Below, in pieces: positions 38,441-51,740 of a DNA stretch of 64,000 nt; the stretch's first letter is position 1, and the number at the start of each line of letters is the position of its first letter. The notes beneath the pieces are model-generated. The model was not told the origin of the DNA, ran no database searches, and saw nothing but the letters and a program-made list of their open reading frames with translations. The position numbers and the translations under genes are program-made. This DNA comes from Vicugna vicugna (lineage: Eukaryota): assembly GCA_013265495.1 (NCBI GenBank), contig MU058244.1, forward strand, positions 186,001 to 250,000. The letters are read 5' to 3'.

Positions 38441-40047
38441 CACGTGGCTGGTGGCTACTGTCCTGCAGGTCTAGTGGACGGCCTTCCTGAGGCCTCTTTG
38501 CTCCTTCTGATCGTCCCTCTGTCTGCCTGTCTATCCTCCCCTGGGGCGAGTGTGGGGCCTGGTCCTCTGCCTGTCTGTCCTGGTGACTTTCTTCCCTCCA
38601 CCTCCCAGCTGGGTGGTACACCACCACCACCACCCCCCCCAGTGCTTGGCCTTTTCCCCCTCTCTCACCCTGGCCCTCGCCTTTGAGCAGGTCACAAACC
38701 TGGAATGCAAGTGGCTCTGGGCCCTGCTGCTCTGGGAAAAGCCCAGCCACTTCTGGAGTCTCTGTGACCAAGTTCCAGGGCAGTTCCTGGTTCTTTCACA
38801 TCTACTGCCTCAGGGTTTCCTGGTGACTCCACCCCCAGGCTGTTCCCGAGAAAGTAGCTCTGCTTAACTCCTGGCGGGTGTCCCACTGGCCAGTGCACAC
38901 CCGGGAGAGCTCAGGGGTCTTAGAGCCACGTGTACCTGCCGTGGGGGCGTCTGGCACCTGCCAGGGTCAACACGCAAGCATCTGTGGGGTGTGGGGACAG
39001 CGGTGCCCGCCCACAGGGAGACTGGAATTTCTTTCCTCGCACTGGGCAGGGAGGAGGTGGGTTCTCGGCTGCACTGGAGAGTATGCCACTGCCGCTGACT
39101 CAGCCGTCTGGGAAAAGCTCTCTGGAAAAGTACTGAACCCAGGGCACCCGGTAGGAGACTGTACTCGGCTGAACCGGTCACCTGGCGGCCTCTCCTTCCT
39201 TCAGGTGTCCTGCTGGAAGGTGCGCCCAGGTGAGGGAGGGCAAGTCAGTCTTCTTCCTGGGGTGGGGGGTGGGGCGGGGCGGTGGAAATGTGGAAAGGAG
39301 ATGCTGTCGGACTCTGCGGGGCTGGTGGGGCGCCCAGAGCTGGCTCTGACAGGGTGGGAGAGATGGGGGCCAGGGATCAGCGTTTCCTGGAACAGCCCCT
39401 GGAGCATGGAGCCCAGAAGTCATGGTCCTGCCCAGCTGCCTGAGAGGGAGCACCCAGACCACCGGGGACCCAGGGATGGGAGGAGCCTCCCAGGGCCCAC
39501 GGCCCCACAGTGGGGCAGTCAGCACCTGGAGGCCCCCGACACCGCCTAGGAGGTCGGCCAGCCACACCAGCCCCCTGCCTGCACGGCAGGAAAGTGAAAA
39601 GGTTTTAAGGCTGACTTTCCAGTGAAACAGCAGCTGAGGAATGAGGCAAACAAACCAGGCATTAGCGGACTGTCTAAGTGGAAGGTGGCCCCAGCGACTG
39701 GGGTTAGAAAGGGAAGAGGCAGCACCTGGAGGAAGCCAGAGGGCCAGGCCTGAGGAAGGTTCTGGTCCACTCCTCTCTCAGGGAGGTCCCGGACTTCACG
39801 CCTCCACCTGGCTCAGACAGTCACACTGAGCCCCACAGACCACCAGAAAGCAGGCACTGGAAGGTGGCCCTGGGGGTACACCAAGCACTCCTGACACCCT
39901 CCGATCCCAGGCCTGCTGAACTCCGGTGAGAGGCCACTCGGGACCAATTCTTGGAGCCTCCTGGATGTTCACATCCCCTCCCTCCCTCCCAAATCCCCTT
40001 CCTTTAGAGGGACTTCCTTAGCTCTGAAGGAAGCACAACAGCTGATT

Positions 40048-40491
40048 GTGGTTATTCACACTAAAGTGAGAATGACTACTATGTTGGCCTCTTCCAGGAG
40101 ACTTGTGATCTGAATCCCCAGAACCTGTGAATATGCTGCCTTAAATGGCACGAGGATCCCTGCAGATGTGAGTGAGGGTCCTGAGGCGAGAGAGCAGCCT
40201 GGATTATCCAGGTGGGCCCAATGTCATCAAAATGGTTCTTACAAGAGAGAAGCAGAGGGAGACTTGAAAACAGAAGAAGCTCTGGGAGGAATCTGTTTCC
40301 TTCCCCAGCTTCCAGGGGCGCATGCATTCCTCAGCAGGAAGCCATCTCCCTCCAGAACCACTAGAAGCCCATAGTCTGCAGCTCCATTTTAGATTTCAGA
40401 CCCCCAGAACTGTCAGAGAATAAACGTGTGTTGCTTTAAGCCACTAAACTTGTGGAGTTTTTTTTCGTAACAGCATCAGGAAACAAATACA
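40048..40491 (+). mobile_element. Near-complete MaLR solo LTR (MLT1C/D-like)
   Basis: gaatccccagaacctgtgaatatg...ggattatccaggtgggcccaatgtcatc...cagaactgtcagagaataaacgtgtgttgctttaagccactaaacttgtgg...aaacaaataca (TG...CA ends). Confidence 0.85.
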
Positions 40492-41882
40492 GAATTGTTG
40501 GCAACACCAAAGCAGCACAAAGGACACAGTGGTTTAGCAACCTTGGAAAGGTTGTGAAATTCAGCCTAGTTCCTCCAATCCGGTCATGCTGAAGTGTATT
40601 ACAATGTTGAGAAATGACGCAGAACCTTTAAAGAGAAGGTACCTCTGTTTCCACAGAAGCCAAGGAGGCAGACTCTGATACACACTGTGTGCCGCCCTTG
40701 GGCTCCATGATTCGTCCTTGGGGAGCCCTCAAGGCTCTGACCCTTGTCCCTGTTCTAACGACACTGAAATCGGAGGTTGGGAAAGGGGAGGCAACATTTG
40801 CAGAATCACACGTCTAGAAATGGCAAGTCCTGGGTTGGGAACCGGGCATCTGACCCAATCCTGGGCTCTTTCTTTAGGGCCCCCCAAAGTCAGACACAGC
40901 TCAAGCTGTCAGTCCTGAGAGTCTGTACTTCATTCAGGGTCAGGACCAACCTGGGTGCGGGAGCTCCCCAGGCTGGGCTCGGTGCGGCCGGAAGACGGTA
41001 GCCACCAGGTAGGGTGTGCGGGCTCACAGGGGACCCAGGAGGGCTGTGTGGCAGCCCCAGAGGTTTGGCTACAGGAACTGTCCTGCGTCTCCAAGGAAGG
41101 TCCTGCTCCGAGTGCAGGGAGCTTTCGGGACCGGGACTTCAGTGGGAGGAAGTTACCACCAGTGCGTCTCATTCCTGCAAGAGGCCTGTCCAGGCCCCTG
41201 TACCCTCCATGACAGCTGTCACAACCACAGGTTCCCTCTCACAGACAGACAGCCCCCTTGACGGTTCCCACTGTTACCATCAGCTTCTCAGCGTTCTTTA
41301 ACTTGTGGAAGAAACTGGAAACCTTTGCTCCGGTTAAAAGTAGAGTAAACTGACAGCTTATCACCAAACTTTTGAAAGAATCAAAGCCAGCGTGCATCTG
41401 ACTCCCACTCTGAGCTGAGCCCCGCTACGTGCTTTCTGCACATCTACTCCCTGAGCCCTCAGGAGCACCACGAAGTGTCCCCATCCCACAGGCAAGGACA
41501 CAGCCAGAGAGAGAGGTCTCAGCTCACACACAGAGGGCCCTGATGCAGGGCCGAGCGTTCAGGTCCCCAGCCCTGCTTCGACCCGATGGTGCCCCTGGAC
41601 TGAGAAGGGGAGGCTGGGGTGGACAGTGGGCTGGGTCACATTCTCTCCCCTGGACACCGGGAGAAAACAGCTGGTGGGGCAGGGTCTGCTGGCATGGGCC
41701 CGGCCTGGCTACGCCCTCTGCAGGCTGCCCTCTGAGGCATGTGGCAGGAGTGATGGCTCGGGAGTGATGCCTCCTAGGGTAGCAGAGACCTGCTGGTGCT
41801 CCCCCCCTCCAGCTGGCTGTCCCCGAAGCTGAGCAGAGAGGGAAGGGGCTCCCAGTCCCTCACAGGCGAGCCAGTGCCTCCT

Positions 41883-41992
41883 GGTCAGTGGACCACACCA
41901 GGCAGGGCCGGCCATGCAGAGGCCAACGGGGATGCGGGGTCAGCGGGCCACACCAGGCAGGGCCGGCCACGCAGAGGCCAACAGGGATGTGG
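41883..41992. repeat. Two-copy 55-bp tandem repeat
   Basis: ggtcag.gg.ccacaccaggcagggccggcca.gcagaggccaac.gggatg at 41883 and 41938. Confidence 0.9.
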
Positions 41993-42539
41993 GACCAGGA
42001 GGGAAACAGCAGCAAATCGTCAGGTCAAACTGGAAAAAGGGCAGCTGTGTGGTTGCTCGGGGTACGGACAGCTGTCACACGGCTTTTCAGGTGTCCTAGT
42101 CAGAGTGAAGGGCCCCGAGATCCCTGAGCCCAGATGGGAGACGGAGGCCCAGAGGGTGGTGGGCCACATACAAAAGTTCTGTGCGTGGTGGAGATGCACC
42201 ACCATCCCAAACCCTGCAGGACAGAGCAGGAAGTGGACCCTTCACAGGCTGTGTGAGGACGGCCGGGACACAGGTCTGCAGGGGTCACAGCCACTCAGCA
42301 GAAACCAGAGTGTTTGCGGACCGCTGGCCGGGGCACCCTGCTCACGCACACTGACCCACATGACGGCCCCACACTCCAGGAGGCAGGCCGTATTACTCGG
42401 CCCGGGTCACCTGGCTGGTAAGGCGCAAGGCTGGGTGAGGCACACTGACCAGAGAGCCTGGCCGGCATCCGCCCCTCACCACCTCCCGGGATGGACCACC
42501 CTTGTTCCAAGTGTAGGGGGCCAGGAGGCATGTGCGGGT

Positions 42540-42850
42540 GTCCTGCAACTGCATGACAAAAGGCCCCACATGACAGTCTATCCTTCCACAGTTCTGGGGA
42601 CCAGAGTCCAAAATCAAGGCGTGGGCGGGTCACACTCCCTCCAGGGGTTCCGGGGGTCCAGGAAACCTCTTCCAGCTTCCTCGGTCCCCAACATCCATCC
42701 TCTGGTTTCTCTTTGTCCAAACCAAGGACACACGTGATTGCATTTCAGGCTCACCCGGGAGTCCACGGGACCGCCTCATCCCGAGGGCCTGACTTTGTCA
42801 CATCCACAGAGACCCTTGTCCTAGTAAGGTGGCCTGACATTCTTGGGTCA
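42540..42850 (-). mobile_element. MaLR LTR (MLT1B/C-like)
   Basis: cacagttctggggaccagagtccaaaatcaagg...tcttccagcttc...aaggacacacgtgattgcatttcaggctcacc...gtcacatccacagagacc. Confidence 0.75.
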
Positions 42851-43014
42851 GACACCACTGAGGGGACGAGGCTCTGGCTACCATCCAGGGCCAGCTTCGG
42901 GCAACACACACAGCCGTCTCCCCGCTCTCGGAAAGGCCCTGTGGAGCCGGACTCACCGAGAGCGGGCAAGGAGGCAGCCATTAGCCTGCTCCCAGGGTGA
43001 CCCTCCAGCAGCCA

Positions 43015-43150
43015 CACGGCAGCAGGCAGCCGCCCTGCCATTAAGGAGACAGAGACCCTTCACCACTCACATGGCAGCAGGCAGCCGCCCTGACCCTCCA
43101 CCACTCACATGGCAGCAGGTGGCCGCCCTGCCACTAAGGAGACAGACTGA
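43015..43150. repeat. Three-copy degenerate tandem repeat (ca.ggcagcagg..gccgccctg...)
   Basis: Repeated catggcagcaggcagccgccctg core with ccactca and aaggagacaga segments. Confidence 0.85.
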
Positions 43151-46100
43151 GCTGTTTGATATCAGGGTTTTGGCTGGCAGACCTTCTGGAAACGATGGGG
43201 GGGGGGGTCTGGCAGTTACTTCAGCGAGACCTTGCAGTTGGTATCTCCTGCTAATTTGGGCATCAACGTCCTGGCTCCTGCGGGTGTGGGGATTTGTCTG
43301 CTAAACATGCCTGTCTTGTTCAGAACCTCTGGCCCCTGTGTGTCCACCCCATAGCCCTTGAGATGGATCCGAACCAGTGAGCTCTTGAGCCTCTGCTGCC
43401 TGAGTCCATGTGGCCAAGCCTGCCCATTCCTCACACCTGCTGAGCGTGTGCATCAGGGACCTTGAGAGTGAGGACACGCAGCCAGCCGAGCAGCAGCAGA
43501 TTCCCGGGAGGGGAGCCGCACCCCATGGACTTAGCAGAGGACGATCTCACCTGCCAGTCCCTGAAAAGCCGGCCTCATCTGCACGGATTTGGGGGTGACG
43601 AAGGTTACAGACCTCCTAATCCAACATGCGGGGGTGTCCTCTGTTGGGACTCTCCCGGTGGACCGGCCACGCACCAGCCGATGCGGGCCTGGTGCAGAGG
43701 GCACGGGGTGCAGTGGAGCCGGCCCAGCTGTGATCCACCGTCAGCAAGACACAGGCAGAGAGCCACGTCCCAGGAGCCGGGCCGGGCCAGGGCCCCCACG
43801 TCTGCAGGGGCTGCTCCGTGCAGCTGGACGCTGCCACATGTTGTCCCGCAGGCCTGAGCCAGCCTGGCGAAGCCGCACGGTGGGCCAAGGAGGCCAGCCG
43901 ACCTAAGAAAAGCTTGGTCCGGCAGTGGCTGCCCATCCCTGCTGCTTCTCCTTGGGACTCACCCACGGTTTGCACCAGCTCCGAGGAGGCCTCTGCCCTC
44001 CACGGAGAGGGTGGCTGCAGACCCCGTGGAAGCCCTCCCTCCAAGGTGCTGGCCCCTCAGCTTCACAAGACCCGGGAGGGGGTGCCACAGGCCCAGCTGG
44101 CTGCCCCCCGGCTGAGCCACGACGCCAGCCCTCGGGTGGCACTGACTCTGGGGGTGCCGACCCAGCAGAGGGGCCTGGGCCCCCACAGAGCTGACCCTGC
44201 CAGAGAGCCTGGGCACCATGCAGGCTACAGAGGTCTGCAGGGACCCGCTTCCTGAGCTCCGCCACGGAGCCCTCCTCTCCAGAACTGATGGGACAGGGGG
44301 TACCATGCCAGGATTCGGCCGAGGATGGTGGTCTCCCACCCGTTTTCTTTTGGGAGGACTTCTCTGGGGGCCACGGACTCATAATGACCACACCCAAAGA
44401 CGGGTTCTTGGCATCTGTTACCCAGGCACAGATCTGCCCCTCCCGCCGGCCACGCCACCCGCAGCCAGAGCGTCGGAACCAGCAGGTGGTCTGCTGCCGT
44501 TCTCATGACCATGAGGAGCCCTCACCCCCCAGGCCCCTCCCGCTCACGGGTCTCCAGGAGACCCTGGCAACAGCTCTTCAAAGTGGGACGCAGGAGAAAA
44601 GTCACTTCTATAGTTGGGTAGGAAAATTAAGTCAGGTGAGACTCAAACCACTTCCGGTCAATTTAATGAAAACCAATTTAAAAACAATTCAAAATCCGTA
44701 ACTATAAAGAAAGCCTGAAGTCATTTTCATTTAAAATTAATTGAATGACTTAGACTTGACTTGAATAGCAAAAGGCAGAAGAGAGCTCCTTGAAAGTTTA
44801 TGTTTTAAATCCCGTTCCGTAAGCTCACTGGTGTCTGTGCACGTGGCCGGGAAATGGACTGGAGGGGAGTGAACGCCCTGGCCCTGAACGCAGGTGCACC
44901 TCCTTCTGTACTGAAGCCCTGTGGCTCAGCACCTTGCCTGAGGTGCTGGCGAGAGGGCCTGAGTCTACCCAACGGTGGGCTGAACGTTTAGCACCAAGGC
45001 TGCTGCTGTGACGCTGTCCTTCCTCCAGGAGGAAAAACAAACTGAATCCAGCACTTGGGGGCCAATTCCAGCTCATTTTCCAGGCTTGTTTACGGAGATC
45101 TGAGATCTGCAAGCTTCCCTTGGGGTGTAAAACACCACCAGATGGTCAAGCGCTCCCAGGAGGCTCCCCACCTGTTTCCTCCCCAGCACGAGGGAACGAA
45201 AACCCGACTTTTCTTCCACCGCCGCCCCTTCCAGGACAGCGGAGCGCGGCCCCACACCAGCAGGCCCCGCAGACCCCCACCGCCTGAGAAAAACACAAAG
45301 GTACTCTCGACGTCTTGGGGCAGGAGAATGTTTTCGGGAAAAATGACTTGCTTGCTTTGGTTCTGAACAAGGGGGTAATCTTTTCCAGAAGCTCCATTTG
45401 TCACAGGCGGCCAGGGCGGGCGTCCATGGGGCTGGGGGCCTGGGAGACGCTCAGACCCGCCCTCTGTTACTGAGTTTCCCGTCTGTTCAGTCCCCTGCCA
45501 GGCTCTCTGCAATGGCTACAGAACCGTCGATAGCTTCCTTTTTCTTTTTCTTTGTTAAGCAAAGGGATTCCCAGCTGCCAAGTAGGAGCAGGAGAGGACG
45601 GCTGACCTCTGTGTTCGGCCTGAGTCACGCAGTTCTGGCTGACGGTAAATCAGTGGGGTTTGGGGGGGCCAGAGCGACCCCTGCACCCTGGCCATTCTGG
45701 CTCATGGAGAGGAGCAGCCCCACGTGATGGCCACGCCAGGCCACACGGAGCCACGGCAGAGCCAGGCCAGCACTGACCCCTCTGGGCAGCAGGCAGTGAC
45801 TCCCTCCTGAGCCTCTGAGTACTGTGAACGTGTGAAGAGGATGACCACTTCGGGACTGCCCTGGGGATTAACTGAGACCCCTCCCAACGTGTCCACCTGA
45901 GCAGGCGCCCACGGGCGTTGGGGGTGGCACTGCTGTGCTGGCCTCAAGGCTCGAATGGCCAGGGCCCAGGGACCCTCGGATTCCCTGAGTGGGCAGAGCT
46001 GGACCAGCACTTCTTGGGGGCTTGGAGAGCTCAGATGGTCGGGGGCAACGTGGGGTGTGGGGATACCTGGACCCTGGGAGTGAAGCAGGGATCAGTGAGG

Positions 46101-49100
46101 GAAAGACCCTTCCCAAAGGCCCTGCATCTCAGGTGAGCCCCTCTGTCCTCAAGGGCTTCTGCCTTCTCCTCTCATCGGGACAGTTACTCTTGGCGCAGGT
46201 GGACAGCTGTCCCACAATGGTGCTACTGGGAAGGGGCCGAGGTGGCCGCAGGCCGGGCAGGCCAAGCTGGGGTCCTGGCTGCTCTGCTCAGAGGCCCCTG
46301 AGCTGCCGGCCTCGTCCTGCCACTGACAAACTCAGGAGGGGCTCTCAGAAGCCTGTCATGGGTGTTACGTAGTTGTTCTTCAATTAACAAAGTCCACTGC
46401 TTTCTGGCTGTAAAAATAGTTCACGAAATGGGGACCAGCTAAGTGCCCTACCGCTGGGGGCCTGCAAGGTGAATGACCATGTGAGACGTCCCAGTGGCTC
46501 GGGGCGGGCTCCGCAGAGGCCCCAGGAACGCTGACTGGCCTGGGCACAGTCGTTGGAGAGCCCCGCGCACACTCAGACCCTCGCGGGTCACCCGCAGGCC
46601 CCGTCCAGGCCCCTTCCACCCCCATTATAGGGCCTGGGTGGCCCCCGGAGGCCCCTCAGTCCTGGGGCACCCGTCCCTGCAGCTCTGCGCGTTTCCTGTT
46701 CACCCTCACGCACAGCCAGCTGGGCGGCCCTCAAAGACCCTGCTCCTTCAAGCAGGGCCACGTGTGGACACAGGTGCTGCTTCGAGCCACGCACCACCCC
46801 CGCTGGGCTAAGTCTTCCGACGCTGCTGGGTCGGCGGTTCACTCGCGCATTTTCTCACTCCTTCAAAACTACTTGCTGAGCACCTGCGACAACGTTGAGG
46901 GAAATTACGACCCGGTGTCTGCGCCCTGGAGCTCACGGTCTGTGGGAGGGCAGGCAGCCATTAAACCCCAACCCCCCGTCACTGCAACTGGATGTCACGT
47001 GCGCTCTCAACACCCAGGGGCCGTGCCAGCCCAGCTCCCAGCGTCCAGCACGGTGAAGGTCGGACCAGACACGACCACCATGCTCGTGTCATCACCAGTG
47101 AACCCCTCTCCGGAATCGTCGCCTTTGGTGCCCACCTGCAGCCCCTGGGCTCTGACGCTTGATGCCCCCAGGGTCTCAGCTGTGCACCGAACCCCCTATT
47201 CACACCCGGACCTCAGGAAGCAAGGGAATGGAGGAGCGACCGGCTCCACACCCAGGCTGAGCCTCGGGCGTGGACTCAGGTCATGCACATGGAGCTGGGA
47301 CAGGACACACGTTCCCAGACCCCCGCCACCCTCTTCAGGGATGCAGTTTGGAGCCCGAGGCTCCCTTCAGGTCCACCAGGCCCTGTGCCGACTGGGGACA
47401 TTAGACGGGTCTTGTAACAGTGTCGAAGGGCCACACCCAGGGCTTGTGGACAAACCGCAGGGCACTGGGCAGTCCTGCATGTGGGGCGTAGGGGCCCTCC
47501 CGGGGCGAGAGCAGGAAGAGGACTCTGGGTCTCATGACCGGCTGGGGTGCTGAGACCAGGCAGGGGGTGAAGAGAGGCAGAAAGGCCAGCTGCACCGTCT
47601 GCACTCAAATCCCACAGCGGCTCAGGGAGAAAACAGCCAAGTGGGTCGCCCGGCGGTGCCCCTGGTGTGCCCTGTGTTACAGGTGAGGGCACCGAGGCCC
47701 AGGGGAGTCCAGGAGCCCAGGCAGCAGACGCCTCTCTGCAAACCCCAACCCTCACCCTCACCCTATCTGCAAAGGAGGCAGCTCCGCATTCACAGCCCAG
47801 CCCCTGCTGTACAGGATCCATGCGGCTCATCGCACGGGCATCAAAGAAGATTAAAAATAGGAGAGACACTGTTTAACTCATAGATAAACTGGTCCCGGAG
47901 ACCAACACCCAGTGCAGGATCGTGGACGACAAAACTGCACTTTACACGTTCATCTGGGAGAGGCAATTGTCACGCAAGGCTGCAAGAGCAATTGTGTTGC
48001 AATGTAGACGTGGCCAGTCTCCCCCTCTGCCAGCCAGGGGAGCACCGCATTCCATCAGAGCCTCTGTAAATCCTCTCCTCGTAAAAGCGATGACTAGAAA
48101 TAGCATGCAATAGTCTCACACTTTGATAACAAGGCACGGGACCCCTGGCCCAGCAACAAGGTGGCTGCGTGGGGACCACAGAGACCCCACTGTAGCCTCT
48201 CTGCTGGCCAGCCCTGGAGGGAGGAGCTGGGGAGGAGGCATCAGGGAAGAGCCAGCCCCGCCAGTAGCCTCCTGGCATTGGACTGCTGTCCCAGAGACAA
48301 ACAATCCCTTGGAGTCAAGTCCATTACGACTCCCTCCCCGTGACAGCCCTGGAGCCCACGTGGTCACAGAAAGTGGACTTCCCTGTGCCAGTGCCCACGA
48401 CAGCCAGACGGGGCCCTGGTGTGGAGGGGGCCCCAGCGAGGGGCAGGGCCTGCTTGGGGCCACCATGTCGCTAACCTGGAGGAAATGCCAACACCAGGAG
48501 GACACTGGAGAGGATGCCCGGCTGAGCTCAACTCCCCCAGATACTTGCTGCTGGGAGGCCGTGGCAGGGCCCAGGGGCAGGTGGGTCCATGAGGCCACGA
48601 GGGCCCAAGGCTCCCACTCAACTGGGGGCCCCTGCCCCAGGGCCCCGAGCGAGCGCTCTGCAGACCCACCCTCCCTCCAGCACCTCCTCCTCTCGGGCCG
48701 GTACTGTTCCCTGGGGGCAGTGCGTCAGAGCACAGAGGCTCAGGTGTCTGTGTCTGGAAGGACTGCCTCGGCCTGCAAATACTTCTGCAGCTGCCTGTTG
48801 TGTGCACCTCAGCCACAAGGAATTCCTGGGCCTGGAAACAGCTGTTTGGGGACGGTTTCCCTGGGAGACGCAGACATGCATGCATGCGCGCGCCCTGTTC
48901 TTTGCAAAAGTAACCCGGGTACTTAGAGCCTCTGCACGTGCAGTGCCCCCGGGGAGAGCAGGCACTGTGGCACCTCCCCAGGAGAGACCCCATCCCTGTG
49001 CAGCGGGCCCAGGGGCCCCGACAGCCTCGGCTCTGCCTGAGGGAGAGCCCGACGGGCCTGGGACCCGATGACCACTCTCTGCTCGCGTTTAAGCCTTGCT

Positions 49101-50219
49101 GAGCCCCAGTCTCCTCTCCCTGAAAGAACCTCCTGACGTGTCAGCCCCGGGGTGTCTGGCTCCGGTGCTGGCTGGAGCGGAAGCCGCAAACTAACAGACT
49201 TGAGGAGGTGAGGGAGCAGCTCTCACTGGGGTCGAGAACCACGGTCCGGCGTGTGAGCTCGGGGAGACCAGGCTGCCGCACAGACGAGAAGTACGAGGCG
49301 GGTGTCCGTGCAGGGCCGGCCCCAGCCCGGGACGTGCAGATGCAGGCCCCCCAGGGCCACATGGTGGGGCTGCCAGACCAAGGAGCCCAGAGCAGGACAA
49401 CGGTGGGGAGTGAGGGCCCGAGGGCCAAACATGGGGCGCAGGCCTGGCCTGGGCCTCAGCGACAAGGGCGCTCACAGCCTGTGGCCTGTGCAGACCGCAT
49501 GCGCGGCTGACCCAGACGCTGGCACCGAGCCAGGGCCCAGACCCTGCTGGGGAACATGCTTCTGGGCACGGACACCCTGGACAGCCGCTCCACAGGGGTC
49601 GAAGCTGAACCTGAGACCAGGCCTGTACTCCAGCTGCGGCCCTGCCCTCCGGACGAGTCCTGCAAAAGTTCCTGAAAGCTGAGAGCAGCTCATTAAAACA
49701 CCCTCAAATAGGAAACAAGTCCACCAACGGGGTTTTCACACAATGGAATGTGACTCGGCCGGGAGAACGTGAGCCATGGTGGGTGATGAGGGCATGGCGG
49801 GGACCCCTCGCTAGCAACAAGAGGGCAGTCAGCGCTGCGGGAGCTATGGGGGAGAGGGGCCTGGGGGCTCCGTGGGTCTGTTCCTGACCTGGTGCCAGTG
49901 ACCTGGTGACCTGGGGCCCTGCGTGTGCTCCGTGCCGAGCACTGCTTACCATCCTTGCACACTTTCATAGAAATGGCCCAATTTAACAGTAATGTAAATT
50001 TTAAGAAGGTGGAATGTGGGGAATTTAAGTGTTGGTAAAAGTAAAATTTTACTGGATTTTAGCAACACTGATATATTTACTGTTGCTCTAACCGACCCCT
50101 CCTCATCCGACACACAGAGGAGGGGGCCCCAAGGCGGGCGAGGAGGGTGGTGGAGATGAAGGCTCTTTCCCAGGCCTGGGAAGAGGCGCAGGTGGACACG
50201 GAATGGAGTCTAACCCGGA

Positions 50220-50659
50220 CGTTGGGAGGGGCTGAACTGCCTTCCCCCAAGAGGTATGTTGGAGTCCCAACCCCCAGACCTGTGACTGTGGCCTTACTTG
50301 GAAAGAGGGCCTTGGCAGATGTGAGCAGTCAAGAAGAGGTCACAGTGGACAGGGTGGCCCTGGGTCCGGTGACTGGTGTCCCTACAAGAAGAGGGGACTT
50401 CGGACACAGACACACAGGAAGGCCAGGTGACGACACGGAAACTGTAGAGACGCGGCCACAGGTCACGGAGCTGTGGGGATCGCCAGCCGCGCCCCGAAGC
50501 TGAGCCAGCGGGAAGCGCCCTCCAGGGGTGTTGGGGGCGGTAGCCCCGCGACACCCTGGTTTTGGGCTCTGGCCTCCGGAGCTGAGAGGGAAGAGCTTCC
50601 GGGTATTGCCGGCTGCCCAGGCTGCGGCACGTCACTGCAGCAGCCCAGACTCTCACGCA
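50220..50659 (+). mobile_element. MaLR solo LTR (MLT1B-like), strongly GC-shifted
   Basis: gggctgaactg...tatgttggagtcccaacccccag...ttacttggaaagagggccttggcagatgtg...gactggtgtccctacaagaagagggg...ggacacagacacacag. Confidence 0.8.
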
Positions 50660-51671
50660 GGGTGGACACGCAGGTGTAGAATACAACTGCGGTTATAAAG
50701 TAGGGAACCCAGAAACTAACCCACCTTTTAGTGACATCAAAGACGGTGGTGGCCCTGCAGGGTGGCCACCTGCTTTAAGATCTGAGTGGGGATAGTGTGG
50801 TGGTCACTCCAGCCCCACCTCCTCCTGGCTGGTGACTGTGGGTGCCCTTGGGCACGTCCCCTGACACTCTGAGCTTTGATCTCCTTGACCGCGACAAGGT
50901 CTATGGGGTGACAGCGGCCTCCCTCCTGCCGGTGCCCGTCCGGGTCCATGAGGCCCGTGTGCCTGGCCTACTCTGCACCCACGACCTCAGCCTGTCTGCC
51001 TCCAGGCTGGGAAGGGTGCCTTCCTGGGGGCACCTTCCTCAGTGCCCCAGCTCCTAGGCCTGGGAAGACGAGCGCTCATTAGCCAGACTTGAAATGACCC
51101 ATTTCAGACTCGCTAAGCCTGGCTCCTGGAGTTTTCCCCTTTTGCTTGGTTTTCAAGCACATGGATCGTGGATCACGGCGTGCCAGGGACCACACCTGTC
51201 AGTCCTGGTGTCCCCTTGCCCTTGTGGCTGTTTTTCCCCTCGAAGCTACCACAGGGCGGGGCCTTTTCCACTCCTCACTGCCTCTGAATACACCTTCGAT
51301 CCTAAACCACACACAGGCACAGAGGGTGTCACAGCCCTGGTTTCCAGAGGCTCAGGAGGCTGAGACGGGACTGGCGGGGGAGTGCACGGCGCCCGCTGGC
51401 CTGTGACCCGGGTGGAAGCGCAGCTGCAGCTCTGTTTCCAGCCTGCGATCAGCTGTTGGGCCCTAAATAGCCACGGCTCCAGCGCACCAACTGGTTGTCC
51501 TGCCAAAGTTTGCAAGTCAAGACTGAAACCAGCACACCTGACGATCAAAGAGCAAGGACTGACTCTGGGGACGGAACTACAGGTGCTCCCTGGAGCACCA
51601 CTGGCTCTGAAAACCCACTGCCTTCCGATGTTGGAGACACGAGGGGCCCTCAGCCTCCCGTGATCCAGCCT

Positions 51672-51740
51672 CGTGCAGAGTAAGGAAACCAACGCCCAGA
51701 GAGGGGCGGGAGGGTTGCAAGGTCACACAGCCAGGATGCC
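51672..51740. mobile_element. MIR SINE core relic
   Basis: gcagagtaaggaaaccaacgcccagagagggg...ttgcaaggtcacacagccagg. Confidence 0.5.

Noticed and set aside
41796-42737. 313-aa + strand ORF
   Set aside because: Runs through a tandem repeat and an MLT1 LTR; low-complexity composition expected by chance at this GC level
47741-47766. Telomere-variant-like ccccaa ccctca ccctca ccctat
   Set aside because: Only four imperfect hexamers; compatible with chance in C-rich DNA
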